NCBI GenBank assembly: GCA_963801165.1
Contig: CAWDDT010000005.1
Location: 224,001-288,000, forward strand
Length of the DNA: 64,000 nt
Direction of reading: 5' to 3'
Origin: an uncultured bacterium
GTDB lineage: Bacteria > Actinomycetota > Acidimicrobiia > Spongiisociales > UBA5794
Positions 19,962 to 29,716 of the stretch are shown here, piece by piece (positions within the stretch are counted from its first letter, which is position 1; each line of letters opens with the position of its first letter). The notes beneath the pieces were generated by a model. The model searched no databases, was not told the origin of the DNA, and saw only the letters and a program-made list of their open reading frames with translations. The position numbers and the translations under genes are program-made.

Positions 19962-20750
19962 ATGAATGACCTGGAACTGGCTCTCGCCGCAGCCGCCGCG
20001 GGAGCGGCCATCGTCCGCGATGGATTCGACAGCACGCACACCATCGAACAGAAGGGCAGGCTCGATCCCGTCACCGAGATCGATCGGGCCTCGGAGGCGG
20101 CGATAGTCGCGCTGCTGGACGAGCATCGCCCCGAGGATGGCTTGCTCGGCGAGGAAGGGAGTACCCGCGAGTCGACCGGTCGGCGCTGGATCATCGACCC
20201 GCTCGACGGCACCGTCAACTTCATCCATCGCATACCCCAGGTGGGGATATCGGTGGCTTTGTGGGATGGAGACGAGCCGCTGGTGGGGGTGGTGGTCGAT
20301 GCCATCCGGGGCGAGGTGTTCGCCGCGGCCCGCGGCCGGGGAGCCACCCGCAACGGCGAGCAGATCGGGGTCTCCTCGACCTCAGAACTGCATCGGTCCG
20401 TGATCGTCACCGGCTTCCCGTACGATCACGACCGCTACGCAGCCGAATACGCGAGGGCTCTGGCTGCGGTGCTGGCGCAGGTGAACGGCATTCGCCGGCT
20501 CGGCAGTGCTGCGCTCGATTTCTGCTGGGTCGCCTGCGGCCGGTTCGACGGTTATTGGGAGTACTCGATCGGCCCGTGGGACGCAGCCGCGGGTGTGCTC
20601 ATCGCCGCCGAGGCGGGAGCGACCGTCACCGACGTCCACGGGAGACGCCCGACCAGGTCACTGCGACACGTCCTCGCCGCCAACCCGACGGTGCACGGGC
20701 AATTGCGCGAGATTCTCGAGCCGCTCATTCCCGAGCACGTCGACGGCTGA
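19962..20750 (+). CDS. suhB: Inositol monophosphatase family protein
   Basis: GEEG, WIIDPLDGTVNF, RRLGSAALD, WDAAAG. Confidence 0.88.
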   Translation: MNDLELALAAAAAGAAIVRDGFDSTHTIEQKGRLDPVTEIDRASEAAIVALLDEHRPEDGLLGEEGSTRESTGRRWIIDPLDGTVNFIHRIPQVGISVALWDGDEPLVGVVVDAIRGEVFAAARGRGATRNGEQIGVSSTSELHRSVIVTGFPYDHDRYAAEYARALAAVLAQVNGIRRLGSAALDFCWVACGRFDGYWEYSIGPWDAAAGVLIAAEAGATVTDVHGRRPTRSLRHVLAANPTVHGQLREILEPLIPEHVDG

Positions 20751-20768
20751 CCGCATAGGATCACGTGG

Positions 20769-22334
20769 GTGGCATTGCAGCTCTTTTCGGCACGGGCCGT
20801 CCGGACGGCCGACGGGGTCCCCGGCAACGCGGTTCTGGTCAGTGACGGTCTCATAGTCGCGGTGGGCAGCCGGGAGAGCCTCCCCGGCGATCATTCGGAG
20901 CGACGCTTCAGCGATGGGTTCCTTCTGCCCGGAATGCGGGATGCCCATCTTCATCCGGTGGCATATGCCGCGGCGCTGCGCGGGACCACACTCGCCACGT
21001 CTGCGGACTTTGCCGAGATCAGCGCCCGGCTCGCACACGCCGCGCGAGCGCGGCCGGATGCGCCCATAATCGGGATGCGTCTCAACGAGGAGACTCTCAC
21101 CGAGCGGAAGCTGCCAAACCGGGAGGTACTCGACCAAGGTGCCGGAAGTATCCCGGCGTTGGTGCACCGCTACTGCGGGCACGTCGCCATCGCCAGCAGT
21201 GCTGCCCTTGCGCTTGCCGGGATCACTGCGGACACACTGGACCCCGCAGGCGGCATTATCGACCGCGATGGTGACGGCAACCCGACCGGGGTGCTCCGGG
21301 AAACCGCCATCGAGCTCGTTGCCGAGCGGCTCGGCGCAGGCAACGAGGTGACGGACGACGAGCTCCTCGATGCCCTGTACCGCCTCGCCGGCACCGGGGT
21401 GACTTCCGTCGGAGCGATGCTGCGGACGGGGGCCGGCGCCTGGGCAAGCCTCGGCAACGAGGTCGACATCGCCATCGCTGCGGCCGACCGAGCCCCGATC
21501 AAGCTCGGGGCCTACGTCATCGAGGAGAGCGCGGCCGTGGTCGCGGCGACCAAGCAGAAGATCGACGTTGCGCCCGACCGCCTCCGCTGGCTCGGGATCA
21601 AGCGGTTTGGAGACGGCAGCTTCGGCGGCCACACCGCGGCGTTGCACGAGCCCTTTGCCGACGTGGCGACCAAGGGCACGCTCCGTTTGACGCGCGTCGA
21701 CAAGGAGATCGCCGAGGCGGCGTTGGAGCTGGGTGGCGGCGCCGCGATACACGCCATCGGCGATCGTGCCTGTGAGGCGGTCATCGACATGTTCGGCCAG
21801 TTGATTCTGCACGGGGCCCCTCCGGAGCGGCTACGGATCGAGCACGCCTCGGTTTTGACTGCCGACGAGGTCGACCGGATGGCACGCTACGGGATCGTTG
21901 TCGTGGTCCAGCCGCCGTTCCTGGGCTCTGAGGCCGGGTGGCTGGTGGACCGTCTCGGCGAGCAGCGGCTTCGGCGCACCTACCCGTTCGCCACATTGGA
22001 GGCCGCCGGCATCCCGCTGGCGGGGAGCTCCGACTGTCCTGTCGAGCCACCCGATCCGTGGGCGGGTATGGCCCTGGCCCGGGATCGTGCCGGCATGGTG
22101 CCCGAGGAAGGTCTCAGCGCCGAACAGGCTCTGGCCATGTACACGACGGGCGCCGCCAGGGCGCTCGGCGAGCCTCCCCCACTCGCCATCGGTAGCCCCG
22201 CCGACTTCATCATCGTCGACCGCGACCCGATGGCCGTCACCCCGGACGAGCTCAGAGCAACCGGGGTCATCGCCACCTTCGTCGACGGCGAGGAAGTCGA
22301 AGTAGACGGATCAAAACCTCTCTGGCTGGACTGA
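20769..22334 (+). CDS. Amidohydrolase 3 family (YtcJ-like) metal-dependent hydrolase
   Basis: PGMRDAHLH, KRFGDGS, HAIGD, RIEHA, GSSDCPV. Confidence 0.9.
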   Translation: MALQLFSARAVRTADGVPGNAVLVSDGLIVAVGSRESLPGDHSERRFSDGFLLPGMRDAHLHPVAYAAALRGTTLATSADFAEISARLAHAARARPDAPIIGMRLNEETLTERKLPNREVLDQGAGSIPALVHRYCGHVAIASSAALALAGITADTLDPAGGIIDRDGDGNPTGVLRETAIELVAERLGAGNEVTDDELLDALYRLAGTGVTSVGAMLRTGAGAWASLGNEVDIAIAAADRAPIKLGAYVIEESAAVVAATKQKIDVAPDRLRWLGIKRFGDGSFGGHTAALHEPFADVATKGTLRLTRVDKEIAEAALELGGGAAIHAIGDRACEAVIDMFGQLILHGAPPERLRIEHASVLTADEVDRMARYGIVVVVQPPFLGSEAGWLVDRLGEQRLRRTYPFATLEAAGIPLAGSSDCPVEPPDPWAGMALARDRAGMVPEEGLSAEQALAMYTTGAARALGEPPPLAIGSPADFIIVDRDPMAVTPDELRATGVIATFVDGEEVEVDGSKPLWLD

Positions 22335-22354
22335 CAACCGCTCGCTATCGGTCC

Positions 22355-22384
22355 CCGCCCGAGCGAAGAGCGAAGCTCGGGCGG
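22355..22384. terminator. Hairpin between convergent units
   Basis: CCGCCCGAGC-GAAGAGCGAA-GCTCGGGCGG, perfect 10-bp stem. Confidence 0.55.
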
Positions 22385-22495
22385 CTAGATCTTCGAGACG
22401 AGGGAGAGGGCGGAGGCGCAATCGGAGCAGAGATATCCGTCGATCGTGAATCGGGCCTCAGCATCGGCGGGCTGACCACAGAAACCACAAAGCAT
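22385..22495 (-). CDS. Putative 36-aa CxxC-x16-CxxC zinc-binding microprotein
   Basis: MLCGFCGQPADAEARFTIDGYLCSDCASALSLVSKI, with GGAGG 11 nt upstream of the ATG. Confidence 0.45.
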   Translation of the reverse strand: MLCGFCGQPADAEARFTIDGYLCSDCASALSLVSKI

Positions 22496-22629
22496 GGCGA
22501 CAAAGTCCTCCGCCATCGAGAGGAAGGGCCCGTCACCTCGAAATAGATCGCCGACGAGGACGGCGCTGCTGGTCCCGTTGTTCATGAGTGACGTCAGCTT
22601 ACCCAGCGCCGGGGCGCTACTGGAAAAGC

Positions 22630-23472
22630 TCAGCGCTGGGTTTCCGGGTCATGATCGCTGGGATTGGCGTCGGTGTGAATCGTCCGCTGCATGTGCGTGT
22701 GCCGCCCGGGGATCGGTATGTGTGCCGGGTCGTCGATGAACATCGTCCCTTCGTCTACGTGCAGCAGCGCATGGCCGTAGGCCGCAACCAGGTTCTCACG
22801 CGTGAGGATCTCGCCGGGAGGGCCTGCCGCGACCACCTTTCCTGAGAGAAGGACAACGAAGTCGGCGACGCTCGCCTCCGAAAGGTCATGTGTGGTCATG
22901 ATTACGGTGCACCCCTGATTGCGCTCGTCGTGGATGACCTCGTCGATCGCCTGAGCCGTGGGCAGGTCGATCCCGGTGAGCGGCTCATCGAGCATGAGGA
23001 TCGCGTGATCCTGAGCGAGACCCTGGGCCACAAAGACACGTTGCCGCTGCCCGCCGGACAGCTCGTGGAGATGTCTGCTGGCCAGTGGCTCGATCCCGGT
23101 GCGGTGCATGGCGGCGGCAACCGCCTGCCGATCGTCGGCCGTGAGCCTCCCGTAGAGGCCCAGCCCCGGATATCTCCCCATCGCCACGACCTCTCGTACC
23201 GTGATCGGCAGAGCATCGTTCACCTTCGTCGTCTGCAGGACGTAGGCGATGCGTCGCATGCCGTTCCGCCTCGCCGGAACATCTAGCGATCCTGCCAGCG
23301 GTTCGAGCAAGCCGGCAATCGCATTGAGCATGGTCGACTTGCCGGAGCCGTTGGGACCGATGACGGCGGTCACCGACCCCGCCGGGATCGCAAACGTGCT
23401 CGCATCGACTGCCACCTTGCCGGGATAGCCGAGCACGAGACGCTCGGCGATCACCGCCGATTTCAGCGACAT
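22630..23472 (-). CDS. Metal (Zn) ABC transporter ATP-binding protein (ZnuC/AztA-like) with His-rich tail
   Basis: GPNGSGKST, LSGGQRQR, LMLDEP, TTHD. C-terminus PAHIPIPGRHTHMQRTIH. Confidence 0.9.
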   Translation of the reverse strand: MSLKSAVIAERLVLGYPGKVAVDASTFAIPAGSVTAVIGPNGSGKSTMLNAIAGLLEPLAGSLDVPARRNGMRRIAYVLQTTKVNDALPITVREVVAMGRYPGLGLYGRLTADDRQAVAAAMHRTGIEPLASRHLHELSGGQRQRVFVAQGLAQDHAILMLDEPLTGIDLPTAQAIDEVIHDERNQGCTVIMTTHDLSEASVADFVVLLSGKVVAAGPPGEILTRENLVAAYGHALLHVDEGTMFIDDPAHIPIPGRHTHMQRTIHTDANPSDHDPETQR

Positions 23473-23903
23473 CTCCGGCACCGCCCTTCGATCTCCAGAA
23501 CATGGCTCGTCGGCGAGAACGACGCCAGATCGGAGATCTCGGTGACGACGGCGTGGACCCGTTGCTCGACCCCGCGGGGCACGTCTATGTCCTCGACCGC
23601 ACCACACTCGAGACAGACGAAATGGTGGTGGTGTCCGGTGATCCACTCAGCCAGCTCGTACCGGGTGAGCCCGCGGGCGCCAAAATGGGGGGCGATCACG
23701 TCGGCGTCCTCGAGAACTGCGAGAGTCCTGTATATCGAGGACAGCGGCACCTCGGAACCAACGATCTGGTGCAGCTCCGCGGCCGATTGGGGGCCGGCGG
23801 CGTCGGCAAGCGCGTGCACGACCGCCCGGCGTCCTCTTGTGTAGCGAACGTCGTTTCGCCCGAGACGCTGCTCCACATCCCTATCGAGGCTCGACATCGC
23901 CAT
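23463..23903 (-). CDS. zur: Fur-family regulator, probably Zur
   Basis: SSIYRTL, GHHHHFVCLEC, GRCRRC. Coupled to the Zn ABC ATPase, with a Fur-type box upstream. Confidence 0.75.
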   Translation of the reverse strand: MAMSSLDRDVEQRLGRNDVRYTRGRRAVVHALADAAGPQSAAELHQIVGSEVPLSSIYRTLAVLEDADVIAPHFGARGLTRYELAEWITGHHHHFVCLECGAVEDIDVPRGVEQRVHAVVTEISDLASFSPTSHVLEIEGRCRRCR

Positions 23904-23916
23904 TGGGTGAACTTTC

Positions 23917-23931
23917 TGATTATGATTATCA
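23917..23931. promoter_or_regulatory. Fur/Zur-type 7-1-7 operator in the divergent zur-aztA / aztB promoter
   Basis: TGATTAT-G-ATTATCA, one mismatch from TGATAAT-N-ATTATCA, in an AT-rich 59-bp intergenic gap. Confidence 0.75.
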
Positions 23932-23962
23932 ATACTGATCATAGTCGAGACGAGGCCCAAAC

Positions 23963-24805
23963 ATGGACTGGCTGACCACACCATTCGAGTTGGCGTTCCA
24001 GCAACGTGCGTTGATCGGCGGGTCGCTGGCGGCGATCGCGCTGGCGGTCGTCGGCACGTGGGTAGTCATCCGCGGCATGACTTTTCTCGGCGACGCGCTC
24101 GTCCACGGTGTGATACCGGGTATCGCTCTGGCGATCCTGCTCGGCTTCAACGTGATGATCGGGGCCTTGCTTGCAGCAGTGGTGATGATCTTCGGCATAA
24201 ACCTCGTCCACCACCAGACCACTTTCGCCGAGGACACCGGGATCGGTTTGCTGTTTGTCGGCATGCTCGGTACCGGGGTGATCCTCATCTCGCGCACCGA
24301 CTCGTACACGGGGAGCCTCACCGGGATTCTCTTCGGTGACGCGCTCGGCGTGAGCCCCGGCGACGTGTGGATGCTCAGCGCTATCGCACTCGTCGCCGTG
24401 GCCGCCACCGCCCTCTTGTACCGCCCGTTTCTGGTGCTGTCGTTCAACGATCACAAGGCCCGGCTGCTCGGCATGCGGCCTCGTCTCGCCCATGCGGCCC
24501 TGCTGGGTCTGATCATGGTGACCATCGTCGGCTCGTTTCAGACTGTGGGCACGCTGCTTGTCTTCGGCCTGCTGGTGGGACCACCCGCCACTGCCGCCCT
24601 GCTGGTGCGCAGGGTGCCTTCGATGATGGTGACCGCCGCCGCGATCGGTGTGCTGTCGGTGGCGTCGGGCCTAGTCATCAGCTACCACGCCAACACGTCG
24701 GGGTCGGCAACGATGGCGGTCGTTCCCATCGTTCTGTTCTTCGTCGTCCTGACGGTGCGGCGGCTCCTCGAGCGGTGGCGCAGACCCTCGCTGGTCCGGG
24801 GCTAA
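23963..24805 (+). CDS. Metal (Zn/Mn) ABC transporter permease (ZnuB/AztB-like)
   Basis: GDALVHGVIPG, EDTGIG, ILFGD, VGTLLV..LLVGPPATA. Confidence 0.9.
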   Translation: MDWLTTPFELAFQQRALIGGSLAAIALAVVGTWVVIRGMTFLGDALVHGVIPGIALAILLGFNVMIGALLAAVVMIFGINLVHHQTTFAEDTGIGLLFVGMLGTGVILISRTDSYTGSLTGILFGDALGVSPGDVWMLSAIALVAVAATALLYRPFLVLSFNDHKARLLGMRPRLAHAALLGLIMVTIVGSFQTVGTLLVFGLLVGPPATAALLVRRVPSMMVTAAAIGVLSVASGLVISYHANTSGSATMAVVPIVLFFVVLTVRRLLERWRRPSLVRG

Positions 24806-24817
24806 TCAGCGCACTTT

Positions 24818-25081
24818 CTAGTCGTTCGTCTTCGCGGAGTCGGTGACATCCCTCGTGATAGAGATCGTGCACTCGGTCACCAGAGCCGCAACCGCTCCTA
24901 TGGCGGCAGCAACGGGGGCGAACAACGCTCCGACAACGCCGATCGTGAGGGGGATCTCGAGCAACGTCCTGCCTTCCGAGTTCTTGATCGTGACCCTGCG
25001 CACATTGCCTTCTGCGATCAGCTCTCTGATACGCCTGAGCAGATCATCTCCCTTTACCGCGAATTCCTCTGTCTGATCCAC
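24818..25081 (-). CDS. DUF4342 family protein
   Basis: LLRRIRELIAEGNVRRVTIK..GRTLLEIPLTIG. AAGGAG SD before the GTG. Confidence 0.82.
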   Translation of the reverse strand: MDQTEEFAVKGDDLLRRIRELIAEGNVRRVTIKNSEGRTLLEIPLTIGVVGALFAPVAAAIGAVAALVTECTISITRDVTDSAKTND

Positions 25082-25187
25082 CGAGACTCCTTGTCGACAT
25101 CGGTGACAGCATCGCACAACCCGCCTCGCACTACCACCCGCGCCAACCCGGCGCTAGCGTCCCATCTCGCCAGGACAAGGAGGATCA

Positions 25188-25577
25188 ATGCCTGCCACCA
25201 TTCCCGACGACGTGCGTGCCATGCTCACCGAGCCCATCTTCTTCCACGCCGCCACGATCAACCCCGATGGATCGCCACAGCTTTCGGTGATCTGGGCCGA
25301 CCTCGACGGTGATCTGGTTCGCTTCAGCACGGCAGAGGGCCGGGCGAAGCCGCGCAACCTGCGCCGGGACCCGCGTATCGCCATCTCGTTCACAGCCCCC
25401 GACAACCTCTACCGCAACATCGTTCTACAGGGTCGCGCCGTCGAGATCGAGAACCGGGGGATGGATCTCATCGACCACATGGCTCGGAAGTACACGGGCG
25501 ACGATCGCTACCAGTGGGCTCGTCCCGGCGACGTACGGGTGGACGTCGCAGTGGAGATCGACCGGATCAGCGGGTGA
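25188..25577 (+). CDS. PPOX-class F420-dependent oxidoreductase
   Basis: ATINPDGSPQLSVIW, GRAKPRNLRRDPRI. AGGAGG SD. Confidence 0.88.
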   Translation: MPATIPDDVRAMLTEPIFFHAATINPDGSPQLSVIWADLDGDLVRFSTAEGRAKPRNLRRDPRIAISFTAPDNLYRNIVLQGRAVEIENRGMDLIDHMARKYTGDDRYQWARPGDVRVDVAVEIDRISG

Positions 25578-25627
25578 CGGCTGCTGAGTTGGGACGCCTG
25601 CCGGCTCGAGCGTTATCGTCGTAGCCC

Positions 25628-26506
25628 ATGACGCGATTTGCTGCCATCGAAGCCGGCGGGACGAAGTTCCGGGTCGCCATTGCCGAGGATCAGCTCATCG
25701 TCGCCGACACGACCATTGCGACCACGCTGCCCGACGAGACAATTACAGCGACGATCGACTTCATCCAGGCAAACGAGCCCGTCGCCGCAGCCGGGATTGC
25801 CGCTTTCGGGCCGCTCGACATGGACCCGGCGTCGCCCGGCTACGGGTCGATAACGGCGACACCCAAGCCCGGCTGGAGCGATACCCCCATACTCACCCGA
25901 TTCAGCGACGCGCTCGGCATCCCCGTCGCCATCGATGTCGACGTTGGTGGAGCCGCCCTCGGCGAGTGGAGATGGGGTGCCGCTCGAGGCTTGGAGCACT
26001 TCGTATACCTCACTATCGGTACCGGGATCGGCGGCGGCGCCTTCCTCAATGGGAAGGTACACCACGGTATGGGCCACCCCGAGATGGGTCACGTGGTCCT
26101 CGAGCGCGTCCCCGGCGACGGCTACCCGGGACATTGCCCGTTCCACGGCGCCTGTTTCGAGGGCATGGCGTCGGGCCCCGCCATCGAGGATCGATGGGGG
26201 GCAAAGGGTGTCGATCTGGCCGGTCGCGACGAGGTCTGGGACCTGGAGGCGACCTACCTGGCGCAGGCGTTGCGCACCTTCACCTACGTCGTTGCCCCGG
26301 AGCGTATTGTCATTGGCGGTGGTGTGATGCAGGTGCCCGGCCTGATCGAACGGCTCCGTGCCAAGCTCGTTGAGCAGATCGCAGGCTATGCGACGTCGCA
26401 GATCGGTACCGGCAACCTCGACGACTACGTCGTCTACCCCGAACTCGACCAGGATGCCGGCCTCTACGGGGCCATCGCCCTCGCCATGCAAGCGCACGGG
26501 ACCTGA
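25628..26506 (+). CDS. ROK family sugar kinase (fructokinase-like)
   Basis: IEAGGTKF, FGPLD, TPKPGW, TIGTGIGGG, HPEMGH, CPFHGACFEGMASG. Confidence 0.9.
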   Translation: MTRFAAIEAGGTKFRVAIAEDQLIVADTTIATTLPDETITATIDFIQANEPVAAAGIAAFGPLDMDPASPGYGSITATPKPGWSDTPILTRFSDALGIPVAIDVDVGGAALGEWRWGAARGLEHFVYLTIGTGIGGGAFLNGKVHHGMGHPEMGHVVLERVPGDGYPGHCPFHGACFEGMASGPAIEDRWGAKGVDLAGRDEVWDLEATYLAQALRTFTYVVAPERIVIGGGVMQVPGLIERLRAKLVEQIAGYATSQIGTGNLDDYVVYPELDQDAGLYGAIALAMQAHGT

Positions 26507-26581
26507 CCCGGGGCCGGTCCTTCAACTTCCGGCGTATACCACGCCGACATCCCGGCACCACGTACGCAAGAAGCGGGAGCG

Positions 26582-28264
26582 CTATTCGTCCGTGACGCAG
26601 CCTTCGGAGGCCGATTTGACGGTCTTTATGTAGCGATGGAGGGTGCCCCGCGTGGCCTTGAGCGGCGGCGCGGTCCAGGCGTCACGGCGCCGCGCCAGTT
26701 CCTCGTCATCGACCTCGAGCGTGAGCGTCCGGGCGGTCGCATCGATGGTGATGAGGTCGCCGTCCTCGATCAGTGCGATCGGCCCACCCTCCTGCGCTTC
26801 GGGGGTCACGTGTCCGATGATGAACCCGTGCGACCCACCGGAGAAACGGCCGTCGGTCATGAGGGCGACCTCGCCGCCGAGACCCGCACCGACTATCGCC
26901 GAGGTCGGGGTGAGCATCTCGGGCATTCCCGGACCACCCTTGGGGCCCTCGTAGCGGATCACAACGACGTCACCGGGGCCGATGCCGCCCTGCTGCAGCG
27001 CAGGCATCATGTCCTCTTCGCAGTCGAAAACACGGGCCGTGCCCGCAAAGAGCATCCCTTCCTTGCCGGTGATCTTGGCGACGGCACCGTCGGGGGCGAG
27101 GTTGCCGCGCATTATCTGGAGATGCCCGCTCTCCTTGATCGGAGCTTGCCACGGCTGGACGATCCGCTGCCCGTCCGCCAGACCGGGAAGCTCGGTGAGG
27201 TTCTCGGCAAGGGTCTTGCCGGTCACCGTCATGCAGCTTCCGTCGATGGCGCCGTGCTCCAGAAGCAGCTTCAGCACCGCTGGCGTCCCTCCCACTGCGT
27301 GGAGGTCCTCCATGACGTAGCGGCCGCTCGGCTTGAGATCGGCCAGATACGGAACCCGGTCACTGACAGTCTGGAAGTCGTCGATGGTGAGATCGACTCC
27401 GACGGCGCGCGCCATCGCGATGAGATGCAGGACGGAGTTCGTCGAGCCGCCGGTAACCATGACGATCGCCATGGCGTTCTCGAAGGCTGCCCGGGTCATG
27501 ATGTCGCTCGGCCGGATGTCCTGCTCGAGGAGGTTGCGGATGGCGGCGCCGGCATCGAAGCACTCCTGCAATTTGCCGGGATCGTTGGCCGGCGTCGACG
27601 CCGAATACGGCAGGCTCATGCCGAGGGCCTCGATCGCAGAAGCCATCGTGTTAGCGGTGTACATCCCGCCGCAGGCACCCTCCCCGGGGCAGGCGTTGCG
27701 CACGACGTCGCGCCGCTGCTCGTCGCTGATTCGACCGGCGATCCACTCCCCGTACGCCTGGAATGTCGAGACGATATCGAGCGGGGTCCCGTCGTCGAGG
27801 TGGCCGGCACGGATGGTGCCTCCGTAGATCATGAGCGACGGCACGTTGAGACGCGCCATGGCCATCACCGAGCCCGGCATGTTCTTGTCACACCCGGGAA
27901 GCGAGATGTTGGCGTCATACCACTGGGCTCGCATGACCGTCTCGATCGAGTCGGCAATCAGGTCACGAGACTGGAGCGAATAGCTCATCCCCTCTGTCCC
28001 CATGGCGATGCCGTCCGACACACCAATGGTGTTGAAGCGCATTGCCACCAAACCCGCGGCGAGCACCCCCTCCCTCACCCTGGCGGCGAGGTCGTTGAGG
28101 TGCATGTTGCATGAGTTGCCCTCGTACCACATGGAGGCAATGCCAACCTGGGCCTTGTCCATGTCCTCTTCGGTGAGGCCGGTTGCATAGAGCATCGCCT
28201 GGGAACCTCCCTGGGAGGCTTCCTGGGTGATGCGGCGGCTGACGCGATTCAGATTCTCACTCAT
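26582..28264 (-). CDS. ilvD: Dihydroxy-acid dehydratase
   Basis: [54 protein letters not shown] -10 element 7 nt before ATG 28264. Confidence 0.97.
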   Translation of the reverse strand: MSENLNRVSRRITQEASQGGSQAMLYATGLTEEDMDKAQVGIASMWYEGNSCNMHLNDLAARVREGVLAAGLVAMRFNTIGVSDGIAMGTEGMSYSLQSRDLIADSIETVMRAQWYDANISLPGCDKNMPGSVMAMARLNVPSLMIYGGTIRAGHLDDGTPLDIVSTFQAYGEWIAGRISDEQRRDVVRNACPGEGACGGMYTANTMASAIEALGMSLPYSASTPANDPGKLQECFDAGAAIRNLLEQDIRPSDIMTRAAFENAMAIVMVTGGSTNSVLHLIAMARAVGVDLTIDDFQTVSDRVPYLADLKPSGRYVMEDLHAVGGTPAVLKLLLEHGAIDGSCMTVTGKTLAENLTELPGLADGQRIVQPWQAPIKESGHLQIMRGNLAPDGAVAKITGKEGMLFAGTARVFDCEEDMMPALQQGGIGPGDVVVIRYEGPKGGPGMPEMLTPTSAIVGAGLGGEVALMTDGRFSGGSHGFIIGHVTPEAQEGGPIALIEDGDLITIDATARTLTLEVDDEELARRRDAWTAPPLKATRGTLHRYIKTVKSASEGCVTDE

Positions 28265-28382
28265 GCCGGCCATGGTAACCCTCAGGGAGGGGCCAGGCCC
28301 GGGCTATCCGGAATCTCGCATAATCCGCACGGTGGTTACACTTCCGGCTTGCAGCCAAACCCTATCTCGCTGCGAGGCCCAC

Positions 28383-29384
28383 TTGACCACTGAACCCGCT
28401 CCCCTACCCGCGCCCCGGTCGCGGCTGAGCACGCCCAAGAAGATCCTGCTTGCGGTGCTGATCGTCGGTGTCGTCGCCATCTTCTCGGCCATCGCATTCG
28501 TCTATTTCATCGACTCGAAGATCGAGAAGATCCCGAATGAGGTGCTCCCCTCGCTCACCCAGGAGGTGGAGGATCACGGCGTCACCAACATCCTCATCGT
28601 CGGCTCTGATAGCCGCGCCGGGCTCGATGATCTGACCAACTTCGGCGACTTCTCAGGTTCCCGTACCGACGTGATCATGGTTGCCCACCTGGTACCCGGG
28701 GGCGGGGCGCAGCTGCTCAGCCTGCCGCGTGATCTCAAGATGAGCATCCCGGGCGAGGGCACGAACCGGATCAACGCCGCCTATGTGTTCGGCGGGCCCG
28801 ACCTGCTGGTGCAAACCATTCAAAACAACCTCGGGATCCCGATCCACCACTATGTCGAGATCGACTTTGCCGGGTTCGCCAACGTCGTCGATGCTCTCGG
28901 CGGTATCACCAAGACCTTTGACCACCCCGCCCGCGACAGCAAGTCCGGGCTCGACGTCGACGCGGGCACCATCAAAATGGACGGCATGACCGCACTCGCC
29001 TACGCACGGTCTCGTCACTACCAGGAGCTGATCAACGGCTCCTGGCAGAGCGTCGACGGCAGCGATATCGGAAGAACCCACCGCCAGCAAGAGGTCCTGC
29101 TGCTGATGTTCGACCAGGCGACTTCGAAATCGTCGGCCTTCAATCTGCCGCACTTCGCCTCGACCCTGGCCGAGCAGATCAAAGCCGACGAGGGTTTCAC
29201 CGTGCAGGTGATGATCGATATGGGGCGGGCAGGCCTCAGCCTGTCATCGACCGAGATCCAGACAAGAACGCTGCCGGTGAAGAATCAGACCGAGGACGGC
29301 CGGGCCTACGTCGTCCCGATAGAGCCGGATGCCACCAACGTCATCAACGCCTTCCTAACCGGCGCCCCGTTCCCGGAGGAGTAG
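28383..29384 (+). CDS. LCP (LytR-CpsA-Psr) family protein
   Basis: N-terminal TM, NILIVGSDSR, RTDVIM, SLPRDL, RINAAY, YARSR, GRTHRQQ. Start approximate. Confidence 0.92.
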   Translation: MTTEPAPLPAPRSRLSTPKKILLAVLIVGVVAIFSAIAFVYFIDSKIEKIPNEVLPSLTQEVEDHGVTNILIVGSDSRAGLDDLTNFGDFSGSRTDVIMVAHLVPGGGAQLLSLPRDLKMSIPGEGTNRINAAYVFGGPDLLVQTIQNNLGIPIHHYVEIDFAGFANVVDALGGITKTFDHPARDSKSGLDVDAGTIKMDGMTALAYARSRHYQELINGSWQSVDGSDIGRTHRQQEVLLLMFDQATSKSSAFNLPHFASTLAEQIKADEGFTVQVMIDMGRAGLSLSSTEIQTRTLPVKNQTEDGRAYVVPIEPDATNVINAFLTGAPFPEE

Positions 29385-29674
29385 GTCAGACGGGCCGTCT
29401 CTCCCGAACGTTCCGCGTTGATTGGTCCTGCGTTCACAAGGCCCTCATCGCCTTCGTGCCGGCTTCGCCCTGTTCCCGCAGGAATAGTCAGGCCGGCCGT
29501 CTCTCCCGAACGTTCCGCGTTGATTGGTCCTGCGTTCACAAGGCCCTCATCGCCTTCGTGCCGGCTTCGCCCTGTTCCCGCAGGAATAGTCAGGCCGGCC
29601 GTCTCTCCCGAACGTTCCGCGTTGATTGGTCCTGTGTTCACAAGGCCCTCATCGCCTTCCGTGCCGGCTTCGCC
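29385..29674. repeat. Tandem repeat, 102-bp period, about 2.8 near-identical copies
   Basis: GGCCGTCTCTCCCGAACGTTCCGCGTTGATTGG... starts at 29393, 29495 and 29597. Lies between two convergent LCP stop codons. Confidence 0.95.
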
Positions 29675-29706
29675 GTCACGTCGGCACTTCTCCCAGAGGG
29701 AGAAGG
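29645..29706. repeat. REP-like double-hairpin element (CCCTCATC...CTTCTCCC-AGA-GGGAGAAG)
   Basis: GTGCCGGC/GTCGGCAC stem (29661-29687) followed by an 8-bp stem (29687-29705). Confidence 0.6.
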
Positions 29707-29716
29707 AAGAGATGGG

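Noticed and set aside
19880-20410. N-terminal extension of the 673-aa lnt ORF
   Set aside because: It overlaps suhB on the opposite strand. Lnt homology begins at Met 19879.
26636-28114. Long antisense ORFs (also 46636-48156, 43278-44636, 40813-42123, 4075-5268, 13382-14821)
   Set aside because: These are shadow frames opposite clear genes, expected at high GC, with no recognisable motifs.
29385-29674. CRISPR array
   Set aside because: Units are identical along their whole 102 bp with no unique spacers, and there are no cas genes in the window.
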